Shown: in pieces, positions 37,995 to 47,007 of the stretch
Layout: the number at the start of each line of letters is the position of its first letter
Position numbering within the stretch: position 1 is the stretch's first letter
Assembly (NCBI GenBank): GCA_036269115.1
Contig: DATAST010000262.1
Coordinates: 3,386 to 67,385 of the forward strand
Length of the DNA stretch: 64,000 bases
Reading direction: 5' to 3'
DNA from: Verrucomicrobiia bacterium
GTDB taxonomy: Bacteria; Verrucomicrobiota; Verrucomicrobiia; Limisphaerales; UBA11358
Notes under the pieces: generated by a model
The model's input: only the letters and a program-made list of their open reading frames with translations
What the model was told of the DNA's origin: nothing
Database searches by the model: none
Program-made: the position numbers and the translations under genes

Positions 37995-38684
37995 ATGAAT
38001 ATGCCTGCTTTATTTGGCCAATTTCAACGCGCGCAATGTTGTCGTTTGGCAGTCCTTTTTCTGACAGGCCTGTGTCTCGCGGGCCTCGTCGGTTGCGCCT
38101 CAACCCAGGATGAGCTGGACGAAGCGGTCAGTGACAGCAACCTCCAAAAAGTTTCCGCCCTCCTTCAATCAAATCCCTCGCTGGTTTCCAAAACCGACAA
38201 AGGCGGGGACACGCTGTTGCACTGGGCCGCTTCGCACGGTTATGAAGGGCTCGCCGAACAGCTCATTAGCGAAAAAGCCGATGTGAACGCCAAAAACATC
38301 CAGGGCGTTACCCCGCTTCATCTGGCAGCGGGCAACGGCCACGGCGATCTCGTGGAATTGTTGCTAAACCACAATGCGGCGGTGGATGCCAGGGACGAGG
38401 GCGGCGCTACCCCCCTGGAAAAAGCCGTTCAATTCGACCGGCCCCGCCAGGCGGAGGTATTACTGGCGCGCGGCGCCGATGTCGGGGCGAAAGATAAAAA
38501 CGGCGATACTCCCCTGCATTATGCGGCAATGTCAGGGAGCAAGGACACGGTAGAATTGCTTCTGGACCATGGCGCCGCCGTCAACGCCGAGAACAGCGAC
38601 GGCATGACCCCTATTCACCAGGCCATTCTGAACGGCCACGCCAACATTGCGGTATTATTGTCGCAGCATGGCGCCCACGAATAA
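37995..38684 (+). CDS. ankyrin-repeat lipoprotein
   Basis: It has the lipobox LVGC and about 5 ankyrin repeats (G.TPLH.AA..GH..lv.lLl..gA). Confidence 0.85.
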   Translation: MNMPALFGQFQRAQCCRLAVLFLTGLCLAGLVGCASTQDELDEAVSDSNLQKVSALLQSNPSLVSKTDKGGDTLLHWAASHGYEGLAEQLISEKADVNAKNIQGVTPLHLAAGNGHGDLVELLLNHNAAVDARDEGGATPLEKAVQFDRPRQAEVLLARGADVGAKDKNGDTPLHYAAMSGSKDTVELLLDHGAAVNAENSDGMTPIHQAILNGHANIAVLLSQHGAHE

Positions 38685-38707
38685 TCGCGGCTGATTGGAT
38701 CAGCGGC

Positions 38708-40846
38708 ATGATTTCGATCATCGAACAACAGCCTCTCGCCGAGGCGGATTTTGTGGCCCAGATAGCCGAAATTTTTTCGGCCGATGGCGTCCTTTCCCAC
38801 GCGAGCAACTTTGAATTCCGCCCACAACAGCAGGAAATGGCCGTGGCCGTGGCGCGGGCGCTCCAATCTGGACAACACCTCGCTGTGGAAGCCGGGACAG
38901 GCGTCGGCAAATCGCTCGCTTATCTGATTCCGTCCATTTTGTTCGCCGTGTCGCGCCGGAAAAAAGCCGTCATTTCCACTCACACCATCAATTTGCAGGA
39001 GCAGCTGACCGAGAAGGATTTGCCCATGCTCCGAAACGTGCTGGACCAGTTGCCCGTGCCCGTCAAATTCAGCTTTGCTATGCTCAAGGGTCGCGCCAAT
39101 TACCTTTGCACCCGGCGCTTGCACAAAGCGATGCAACAAAGCGACGGCCTCTTTACCAGCTCCGAAGCGGCGGAATTGCAGCGCATCTATGAATGGTCGA
39201 AAACGACCGCCGACGGCAGCCTGTCGGATTTCGATCATGAGCCGGATGCGAAAGTATGGGCGCAAGTCTGTTCAGAACGCGGCCTTTGCTCGCCCAAAGT
39301 TTGCGGGCACCCCTCGGATTTCGCCAGGGACCATGGCGTCTGCTTCTTTCAGCGCGCGCGAAATAAAATCCTTTCGGCAGACGTATTGATCGTAAACCAC
39401 ACGCTGTTTTTCACGATGCTGGGCGGCGTGGACGCGGAGATGGAAGGCGGAATCCTGTTCAAAAACGATTTCGTCATCTTTGACGAGGCGCACACGATGG
39501 AACACGTCGCATCACGCCATATCGGCCTGAGCGTTTCCAGCGGCCAAATGAGATTCGCCCTGAATCGTCTATGGAACCCGCGCACCCAGAAAGGGCTCTT
39601 GGGCGCTTTGCGCGGCGGAAACGCCGTTCGACTTGCCGCGGACATCCTGACGGAGGGCGAGAAGTTTTTCGAAAACGTGGAGTTCGCCTGCGATGAAATC
39701 CAACGGACCATCAAAAAGAAGGGCCCGGGCGGGACAGAATCATCCGCGGCACGGCACTGGTCAGAATTGCGCATTCGCCGCACCCAATTGGTGCAGGACA
39801 ATGTCACCCTGCCGATTCAACGGCTGCGCGACGCCATCAGCGAGCTCATCAAAGCCAGCGACGATAAAGAAATGGGCCAGGAATTGCTGGAGTGCAACCG
39901 GCGGCTGGCGGAATTGCGCGATGAAGTGAAGCTGTTTTTGGAGCAGGGCGCTCCCGAGCATGTGTACTGGGTGGAGCGGGCCGGCAAGACAGGAAAGAAT
40001 CTTTCGCTAAACGCCGCGCCGGTGGACGTGGCTGATTATTTGCGGCAAACCCTGTTTCAGAAAGAAACGAGCGTGATCATGGCCAGCGCGACGCTGGGGA
40101 TGTCGAGTTTCAAGGGTCATGCTTCAGCCCCCGCGCGGCTTCCCGCTGGAAACCCAAAACTGAAGGGCGAGAACTCCCTTTCCTATTTCACCAAACGCGT
40201 CGGCGCGGAATCCGCAATCCAACTTCAAGTGGGCACGCCGTTTGACTACGAACGACAGATGAAGTTGTTCGTGGCAAAAAAAATGCCCGACCCGCGCGAT
40301 CCCGCTTATCGCGACGCGCTGATTCATTGGATTGAACATTTTGTCACCATGACGCATGGCAAGGCGTTTGTTCTCTTCACGAGTTACAAACTGATGCTTG
40401 AAGTGGGCGAAATGATGCAGCCTGTCTTCGACCAGCTCGGCGTGGCCTGTTTCGTGCAGGGCACCGGTACGCCGCGCTCGACCATGCTGGAAAAGTTCAA
40501 AGACGATGTGGATTCGGTGCTCTTTGGGACGGACAGCTTTTGGCAGGGCGTGGATGTCCCCGGAGAAGCCCTTTCAAACGTCATCATTACCCGCCTGCCG
40601 TTTGCCGTGCCGGACCATCCGCTCATCGAGGCTCGCATCGAAGCCATTGAAGCCCGCGGCGGAAATTCCTTCAGTGAGTTTTCTTTACCCGAAGCGATTT
40701 TGAAATTTCGCCAGGGCGTCGGCCGGCTCATCCGTACCAGGACGGACACCGGCATCATCGTCGTCCTCGACAACCGCATTCTGACGAAACAATACGGCCA
40801 GGCTTTCCTGGATGCTGTGCCGAAGTGTCCGATAGAAGTGATTTAA
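38708..40846 (+). CDS. dinG: DinG/XPD-family Fe-S ATP-dependent DNA helicase
   Basis: It has Walker A AGTGVGKS, the DEAH box FDEAH, four Cys between motifs I and II, and C-terminal helicase motifs (FWQGVD, GRLIR). Confidence 0.85.
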   Translation: MISIIEQQPLAEADFVAQIAEIFSADGVLSHASNFEFRPQQQEMAVAVARALQSGQHLAVEAGTGVGKSLAYLIPSILFAVSRRKKAVISTHTINLQEQLTEKDLPMLRNVLDQLPVPVKFSFAMLKGRANYLCTRRLHKAMQQSDGLFTSSEAAELQRIYEWSKTTADGSLSDFDHEPDAKVWAQVCSERGLCSPKVCGHPSDFARDHGVCFFQRARNKILSADVLIVNHTLFFTMLGGVDAEMEGGILFKNDFVIFDEAHTMEHVASRHIGLSVSSGQMRFALNRLWNPRTQKGLLGALRGGNAVRLAADILTEGEKFFENVEFACDEIQRTIKKKGPGGTESSAARHWSELRIRRTQLVQDNVTLPIQRLRDAISELIKASDDKEMGQELLECNRRLAELRDEVKLFLEQGAPEHVYWVERAGKTGKNLSLNAAPVDVADYLRQTLFQKETSVIMASATLGMSSFKGHASAPARLPAGNPKLKGENSLSYFTKRVGAESAIQLQVGTPFDYERQMKLFVAKKMPDPRDPAYRDALIHWIEHFVTMTHGKAFVLFTSYKLMLEVGEMMQPVFDQLGVACFVQGTGTPRSTMLEKFKDDVDSVLFGTDSFWQGVDVPGEALSNVIITRLPFAVPDHPLIEARIEAIEARGGNSFSEFSLPEAILKFRQGVGRLIRTRTDTGIIVVLDNRILTKQYGQAFLDAVPKCPIEVI

Positions 40847-40849
40847 CCT

Positions 40850-40874
40850 GGTAAGGCGCTGCTGCCGCGGCGCC
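40850..40874 (+). repeat. REP-like element (GGTAAGG head plus GC palindrome)
   Basis: GGTAAGGCGC-TGCTGCCGCG-GCGCC is followed by CAAATCTCAAT. It is paralogous to 41018-41052. Confidence 0.45.
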
Positions 40875-41017
40875 CAAATCTCAATCGGTTTCTTTCCTTA
40901 GCTGCGGAGCAGCGCACGGTAGTAGCCCACGGTGATAACCGTAGGAAACCGAGTGGAATGTTTGTTCAGCTCCGGACGGAGCGACAGAGTCTTCCTCGAC
41001 AGCGGGACCTCGTTACT

Positions 41018-41041
41018 AGTAGGGCGGCGCTGCCGCGCCGC
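41018..41041 (+). repeat. REP-like element (AGTAGGG head plus 7-bp GC hairpin)
   Basis: AGTAGGGCGGCGC-TGCC-GCGCCGC is followed by TCAAACTTCAAT. Confidence 0.5.
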
Positions 41042-41092
41042 TCAAACTTCAATTTGGTCTGCGACCCCATTAGGCCGTATTCAATCATTGTT

Positions 41093-43888
41093 CTATTGAA
41101 ACAATCCTTTCAAATCTGGAGCGCTCAACTCTTTCCGCGGTTCAAACCTTTTCCCCCCCATATAACCCAAAATGCTCCTGCGCAATTGACGCGCAACAAT
41201 TCGTGAGTCCAGATCGCTGCTGATATCGAGCGTACAGACCAAAAGCCTTCCCCTGCCAACTGTGGCTTCGAAAATCGCGCACGGCATGGCGTTCCGGTTG
41301 AACTTGTCTACAAAACGGAGCGGCATTTCCACCTTCTCGGGCAACGCATCCAAATCAATCGAGAAAGAGCGATGGAACAGTTCCCACCATTGCCAATCTG
41401 TCCAATCATCCGTTGGAAAATCGGCAAAGACCGGATTTCGCGCGTCAATCATAGCGCCCATCGTGCCGGGCTGGTTCGGAAACATGACAGGATTCCAGAA
41501 TACAGGGGTGAATTGGGCCGCTAGTGGTGACTTCACGCTGCCCCGGCCTGGCAGCAGAAGAACACGTTTTCCATCTTGTAACGCTTTGAAAAAGTCCGCG
41601 CCGTCCGTTTCAAAAATTTCAATGTCGTTTGTTTGCGGGCCGGCCTCATCCTTCGGGTACACCCAAACGTTCCAATCATTGGCTATAGATGTGCCGGCGA
41701 TTTTTACCGTCACTTTAAGCCTGGCCGCCTTGGATACGAGCAATAGCGGTTGCCGGATACGGCCGATTTCGCCGTTATGTCCAAGAGGGATGGCGGACAC
41801 TCTGAGACGTCCGGATCCAATCTTTTTTTGTCCTTCAAAAATATTCCAAATGACCGTTACATTGGTCATTGGCCCGGCGCTGAAATTGGCGATTTCGATT
41901 CCGGCATCAAAAATTTCGTCATTTTGATAAACCAGCCTGGGCATGAGAAGCAGGGGCACGACCGGGCAGCAAAACTTCCGAAATTGCGCTGGCGTAATCA
42001 ATCCTTTGCTGTTCCAGAATGCGTCCAACAGCCCGACAGTTGAAGTGCCCTGTCCGGGGAAGTCATTCAACTGTAGCAGTTGAAATCCGGCCTGATTGGT
42101 CGTGCGCAAGGCGCGCTCGATTTCTTCCTTGTAGAGCAGAGCGGCGAGTTCCCCGGAATCGTGTACATAAATAGGCGCTTCCCCCAGCCGGCCTTTTTTC
42201 TTCAAGTCAGTGCGGATGGCTTCCATCGCCGTCGAGCGCAACACGCCATCATACTTTGGTAATTCGGCCAGGTTTGGGTATACACAATATTGTCCGACTT
42301 CATGGCTTATGAATGGAACGGGAATTGGCGAAATGGCCCATGCGAAATTCGTTTCAGTATTCGGAACGTTATTTTCAAAAATGTCCTGTCCGCGCGCGCG
42401 GCCATTTTTTGTGTCCTGCGAAATATAATAATCATCGGCCGGTTCAGGCATTTTGCCCCGCTCGTGTGATGACGGATACGTCGTGCTGTCGTAAAGCAAC
42501 TGTGGATCAAGTTGGCGGAAATGATTTTCTAGTCCGTCCAACACAGCGTAGCGCCCTTTCAATTCATTGCCCATGGTGAACATAACCCATGAAGGATGGT
42601 TGCCATATTCTTGAATCATGCGTTCACCTTCATCGCTAAAGAAATCCGTCACGGCCTGGTCACCGCCAATGTCGAAACTCCAATCCGGCAGTTCGACCTC
42701 GAGATAAATGCCCATCCGGTCCGCGGTCGCAAAAGCAACTTCAGGCGGGCACCACGTGTGAAATCGGACGAGGTTCAGCCCAAACGCTTTCACTGCGGAA
42801 AAGATTTTTTCCCATTGCTTGCCGGTCATATCCGGATAACCGGTTTTTGGAAACTCACAACAATTGACCGTCCCGCGAAGAAACGTCGGTAGACCGTTGA
42901 TCGTGAACTGACGGCCATCGGCCTTGAACTGACGCATCCCAAATGTGTCGCTGATTTTCGTATGAAAATCGTTCCCATCCAAAGCGGCCCTCATTGAATA
43001 CAGTTTCGGAGAAAATTCGGACCACAAGGCATAGTTGGTCCCCATCGCATATGAAACCGTCTGCGTGCTGTCGCCCGGCGGCAATGCAACGTGCAGCTTT
43101 AGGGGCGGCAATTTCGCCGCTGAAAAATTGTCCGCCATGGCCTGGAGGGACAGCTCTGCTGCGGTCGCTTTTCCAGTCCCGTTGTGAAAGGTCACCGTGA
43201 CATCGACGGTCCCGCGACCCAGGTCAGGGCGCAACACCAGGCCATCCACGCGGACTTTGTCCCGCGCGACCAAAGCGACCTGCCCGATAATTCCATTCCA
43301 AATGGTCTGAGATTGTTCCGTGTAGGCGTGAGGATCGCCGATGGCCAGCTGCCTTTGATTATCCACGCAAATCGTGATTTGATTACGGCCCGGTTTCAGC
43401 GCGGCGCTGATCTCGTAACGGTGCGGCGTCGTCAGGCTGTTTCGCGCGCCAATAGATTGGCCGTTGACCCACACCTGCGATTTCCACATCACGCGGTCAA
43501 GCGATAGCTCGACATCCTTTCCCGCCCAGCGTTTCGGAATATTGACCTCCCTGCGATACCATGCGGGCCCAATGTAAGAAAATCGCTGCTGCAACCGCAT
43601 AAGCACAAGATCCTCTTTCGCGTAGTTGGTTGACCGGCCAAACAGGATCCCTTTGCTTGAGACAAATTTTTCGGGCGGCAAGGCGGGCAATTCGGATTGC
43701 GCCGTGAATGGCGTTCCTTTACCTGCCTGAGAAATAGTCCCGGGCAGATGAATGGTGTCCGTAAAGGGACTGGTGACCGTCCCACCCATTTGAAAATTCC
43801 ATTTACCCGAAAGATCAATTGTTTCCGCACCGGAAATGTACGACGAGATTATTAATCCTGTCGCAATGGTTAGCCAAAGGCCGGCCAT
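41093..43888 (-). CDS. GH2-family glycoside hydrolase (beta-galactosidase/glucuronidase-like), secreted
   Basis: The signal peptide starts at MAGLWLTIATG. It has a sugar-binding N-domain and TIM-barrel motifs (VRFHTWCPP, NHPSWVMFTMGNEL). The track ORF start at 44023 is unlikely. Confidence 0.7.
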   Translation of the reverse strand: MAGLWLTIATGLIISSYISGAETIDLSGKWNFQMGGTVTSPFTDTIHLPGTISQAGKGTPFTAQSELPALPPEKFVSSKGILFGRSTNYAKEDLVLMRLQQRFSYIGPAWYRREVNIPKRWAGKDVELSLDRVMWKSQVWVNGQSIGARNSLTTPHRYEISAALKPGRNQITICVDNQRQLAIGDPHAYTEQSQTIWNGIIGQVALVARDKVRVDGLVLRPDLGRGTVDVTVTFHNGTGKATAAELSLQAMADNFSAAKLPPLKLHVALPPGDSTQTVSYAMGTNYALWSEFSPKLYSMRAALDGNDFHTKISDTFGMRQFKADGRQFTINGLPTFLRGTVNCCEFPKTGYPDMTGKQWEKIFSAVKAFGLNLVRFHTWCPPEVAFATADRMGIYLEVELPDWSFDIGGDQAVTDFFSDEGERMIQEYGNHPSWVMFTMGNELKGRYAVLDGLENHFRQLDPQLLYDSTTYPSSHERGKMPEPADDYYISQDTKNGRARGQDIFENNVPNTETNFAWAISPIPVPFISHEVGQYCVYPNLAELPKYDGVLRSTAMEAIRTDLKKKGRLGEAPIYVHDSGELAALLYKEEIERALRTTNQAGFQLLQLNDFPGQGTSTVGLLDAFWNSKGLITPAQFRKFCCPVVPLLLMPRLVYQNDEIFDAGIEIANFSAGPMTNVTVIWNIFEGQKKIGSGRLRVSAIPLGHNGEIGRIRQPLLLVSKAARLKVTVKIAGTSIANDWNVWVYPKDEAGPQTNDIEIFETDGADFFKALQDGKRVLLLPGRGSVKSPLAAQFTPVFWNPVMFPNQPGTMGAMIDARNPVFADFPTDDWTDWQWWELFHRSFSIDLDALPEKVEMPLRFVDKFNRNAMPCAIFEATVGRGRLLVCTLDISSDLDSRIVARQLRRSILGYMGGKRFEPRKELSAPDLKGLFQ

Positions 43889-44013
43889 ACCGCCGCACGG
43901 TCTTGGAGTGCGATGGCAAGCGCCTTTCGATTTGAACGTGTTAACCGATTCCAAAGCAATGTCACAACCACTGTGGATCCAACGCTCGCAAGAGCGGTAT
44001 AGTTTCGTACCCA

Positions 44014-45183
44014 TTACTTCCATCCGTACTCCCTTGCCCCGTTCCCAATCTGGCGACGGACAAATTTATTTAAATCAATCGCCTCGCCGCGAGTTGCGCC
44101 TGTTGCGATTTTCTTCCCTTGCTTAAGGCTGCGTTCCGCTGCTTCCACAATCACAGTTGTGTAAAAATCCAATGGTGTTTCCGTGTTTTCAGACGTCGCC
44201 CCGTTTTGGCGGGCCAGGACCTCCTGGTAAAGCCGCCCGGGATTGCTGATGCCGTAGCCAGTCACCTTCCCGCTCTTTTCAAAATTGCGGAACAGCGGAT
44301 TTGCTTCAATGACTCCATCCGCATGAATTTCCCGAAAACCCGGTGTATCGATTCCCAGGTCCAATAGTCCGTCGGAGCAAATCATACGGCCCGATTGGAC
44401 GGCCACGGCCCATGCGGTGTTCGGCAGCGCCCAGCCGGTAATGACATGCGCCACCGCGCCGCTCTCGAAGACGATTTCCGTGTCCACCAGGTCGTAGCCT
44501 TTGACAGCGCGCGGTTTTAGCGACGGCAATTTGTGCGAATAGCCGGTCGCGCGCACTTCCGCAGGCATGAGGCCCGTAATCTTCATGAGCGCATCTGCCA
44601 TATGGACAGTCAGAAATGAAACGGGTGTGTTTTGTTCCGCGTAATCCTCTAACGAGAAGAATCGCGGCGAATGGTTCGGATCCGACACCAGCAATTTATC
44701 GATCATGTAGAAAACCCCGGTTTGAAACCTGCCATAACGTCCGTTCTTAAATCGCGCCTCGGCTTCCTTGATCCGCGGGTCATCCCGTTTGTGAAAATCC
44801 ACGCCCAAAAATCGCCCGGCCTTTTTCGCGGCCTGGATCATCGCATGCGCCTCCTTGATTGTGGCGGCGGTTGGCTTCGGCAAAATGACGTCCAAACCCG
44901 CGGCCAGCGCGTCGAGCGTTGGCTGGAGATGCAGATTATCGGGCGTATTGATTTGGACCGCATCCAGGTCAACTTTCGCCAGCATTTCCCGATAGTCGGC
45001 GAAACGCCGGTTGCGCGGCAGGCCCGCCAAATCGCCGAACCAGTTCCGGTTCTTTGTGCCAGGATTGGCAACGGCGCAAATCTCCAGCATGGGCGAATAC
45101 TCGCTGCGAAAATAGAGATATTGATAAATCTCGCGAACCACTGCGCCTGCGCCGATAACACCAACTCGAAGTTTCTCTTTCAT
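44014..45183 (-). CDS. Gfo/Idh/MocA-family oxidoreductase
   Basis: The Rossmann N-terminus is KLRVGVIGAGAVV. The ATG at 45183 is 2 nt after the upstream stop. Confidence 0.8.
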   Translation of the reverse strand: MKEKLRVGVIGAGAVVREIYQYLYFRSEYSPMLEICAVANPGTKNRNWFGDLAGLPRNRRFADYREMLAKVDLDAVQINTPDNLHLQPTLDALAAGLDVILPKPTAATIKEAHAMIQAAKKAGRFLGVDFHKRDDPRIKEAEARFKNGRYGRFQTGVFYMIDKLLVSDPNHSPRFFSLEDYAEQNTPVSFLTVHMADALMKITGLMPAEVRATGYSHKLPSLKPRAVKGYDLVDTEIVFESGAVAHVITGWALPNTAWAVAVQSGRMICSDGLLDLGIDTPGFREIHADGVIEANPLFRNFEKSGKVTGYGISNPGRLYQEVLARQNGATSENTETPLDFYTTVIVEAAERSLKQGKKIATGATRGEAIDLNKFVRRQIGNGAREYGWK

Positions 45184-45184
45184 T

Positions 45185-46978
45185 TTAAATTGTTCCGGTT
45201 TGCCGCAACAAAAACAGCGCCAGAAATTCAGCCGCCCTGGCGATATCGCGCAAAGCAATTTGTTCCTGGTCCGAATGGGCATACGCCAATTCACCGGGCC
45301 CGAATGTTAGCACAGGCATGCCTGGATATTCAGTCGCAAATAACCGGGCATCGCACGAAACCGTCCAGCCGGCGACAGGTTCGTCGCGCCAGATGCCGGA
45401 CATTTTGGCGACGGCAATGGCGTTGCGCATGGCCCGTGAATTTGGGTCGCCGTCGAAGGCTGCATTGTGCAATTTTTCGTAAACCACCGTGACGATTTCC
45501 TCGCCGGATTCAGAGCGTCCGCATCGGCCGAGATATTGTTCCGCACCATGTTGTGCCGCCTGGCGCATTCGAGTCATCACTTCATCGATACTGTGCGTCG
45601 GCACAAATCCCTGGCCGCCCTCCAATATGAGGCTCTCGCCGGTGGTAGGGACGGCGCGCTGCGCCGTCCGCGCCGCGTTTAGCGGCGCAATCCGCCTCGC
45701 CGTCTCGCCCAGATCCAATCGCATCCGACCGGCAAGAGCGGTCAGTTTCGATCTTGAAATAACGAGGCTCCGAACCAGATGCGCCATTTTGGTAATCGCC
45801 CCGTCTCGTTCACGAATCGCGCCCATGTGGCCTGTCGCGCCATGCACGGCCACCTCAAAACCGTTGCCACGGCGTTTCAAATCGTAATGACGCGGAACCA
45901 TCGGTTTGCCGGTCGCGGAGTTCGTGACCTTCGATTTGTCCCCGTAGAGGCCGATGTATTGCGCCAGTCCGCTTTCGAGGCAATCGCGCACAAGCGCCTC
46001 AGTTTTCGCATCAGGTTTTCGGTCAAATTGAATGACGAAGCGCGTCTCGCCGCAAATTCGGCTGGGATGCTCGCCGAAGGGGCCAATGATGCCATGACAG
46101 GTTTGGACGGGGCGTTGCGGAAAAAGGTTGTGCCGGCTCTCAGCGCGGATGGCCGCGCCCTCTTTTTCCATTTCCTCAATAACAAAAGCAGACATCTCAA
46201 ACGCCGAAACACCGCCCGGCGGTTTCAGTTCAGCCTTGTACCAGACCGCGCCACGATTGGCCGGATAAATATTCAGCCCGGCGCATTCACCGATCAGGAC
46301 TGAATCATAGAGTTTTTTAAGCTCACGATCGATCGCCAGTGAGAGAGAGCCGTTTCCGCCAGTTTCTTCTTCCACCACGAACATCGCCACGACGTTGCGG
46401 TTCCACGACATGCCGGCCCGGGACATGACCTCCGATAAAATTCGAAGCGCGGTGACAAACGCGACTACGGGCCCCTTATCATCGCATGCGCCCCGGCCAA
46501 AAACGATGCCACCCTTGCTCCGGGGCGGAAAATACGGATGCACGACGTCCACGTGCGCATTCAGTGCCACCGATTGCCCGCGCCCTTTGTCGTTTAGTCC
46601 GGGCGCGACATAGACAAGATTCGATCGGTCGGTATAGACGTCTTCCGGCGCGAGACCCTCGGGTCGTTGGAGCGTCTTGGTAAAGTGGGGCAGAGAATAG
46701 TTGGGATGCGATTGGATCGCCGGATTGATAGGGCGTCGCTCCATGCTGCCGCCGGCAAATGACAATGTTGCAAGTTCGCGTTCCAGGATTCGAAAACAGC
46801 GGTCTTCCGCGTCACGCATCACGGAAACTTCTGAATTGGGAGTCGAGTCAACCCTGCACAGCTCCACAAGCAGTTTTTGAATGTGGTCAGCGGTATTTTT
46901 GCTTCTCGCCAGCGCCGTGATTTTCTTAATCACGGCGGCGGTTGATTTAGGTTTTTGACTTTTTGCCTTTGAATTCAC
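45185..46978 (-). CDS. M20-family metallopeptidase/deacylase (ArgE/DapE-like) with extra insertions
   Basis: It has the metal-ligand motifs NAHVDVV, GRGACDDKG and EEETGGNG. It is 597 aa, which is long for the family. Confidence 0.7.
   Translation of the reverse strand: MNSKAKSQKPKSTAAVIKKITALARSKNTADHIQKLLVELCRVDSTPNSEVSVMRDAEDRCFRILERELATLSFAGGSMERRPINPAIQSHPNYSLPHFTKTLQRPEGLAPEDVYTDRSNLVYVAPGLNDKGRGQSVALNAHVDVVHPYFPPRSKGGIVFGRGACDDKGPVVAFVTALRILSEVMSRAGMSWNRNVVAMFVVEEETGGNGSLSLAIDRELKKLYDSVLIGECAGLNIYPANRGAVWYKAELKPPGGVSAFEMSAFVIEEMEKEGAAIRAESRHNLFPQRPVQTCHGIIGPFGEHPSRICGETRFVIQFDRKPDAKTEALVRDCLESGLAQYIGLYGDKSKVTNSATGKPMVPRHYDLKRRGNGFEVAVHGATGHMGAIRERDGAITKMAHLVRSLVISRSKLTALAGRMRLDLGETARRIAPLNAARTAQRAVPTTGESLILEGGQGFVPTHSIDEVMTRMRQAAQHGAEQYLGRCGRSESGEEIVTVVYEKLHNAAFDGDPNSRAMRNAIAVAKMSGIWRDEPVAGWTVSCDARLFATEYPGMPVLTFGPGELAYAHSDQEQIALRDIARAAEFLALFLLRQTGTI
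45644..45669 (+). repeat. REP-like GTAG-headed hairpin embedded in-frame in the M20 CDS
   Basis: GGTAGGGACGGCGC-GCT-GCGCCGTCC has a 9-bp perfect stem. On the coding (minus) strand it encodes ...ARTAQRAVPTT.... Confidence 0.55.
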
Positions 46979-47007
46979 TGCTCAGAGGCGACAAACTAAG
47001 CGAGTAG

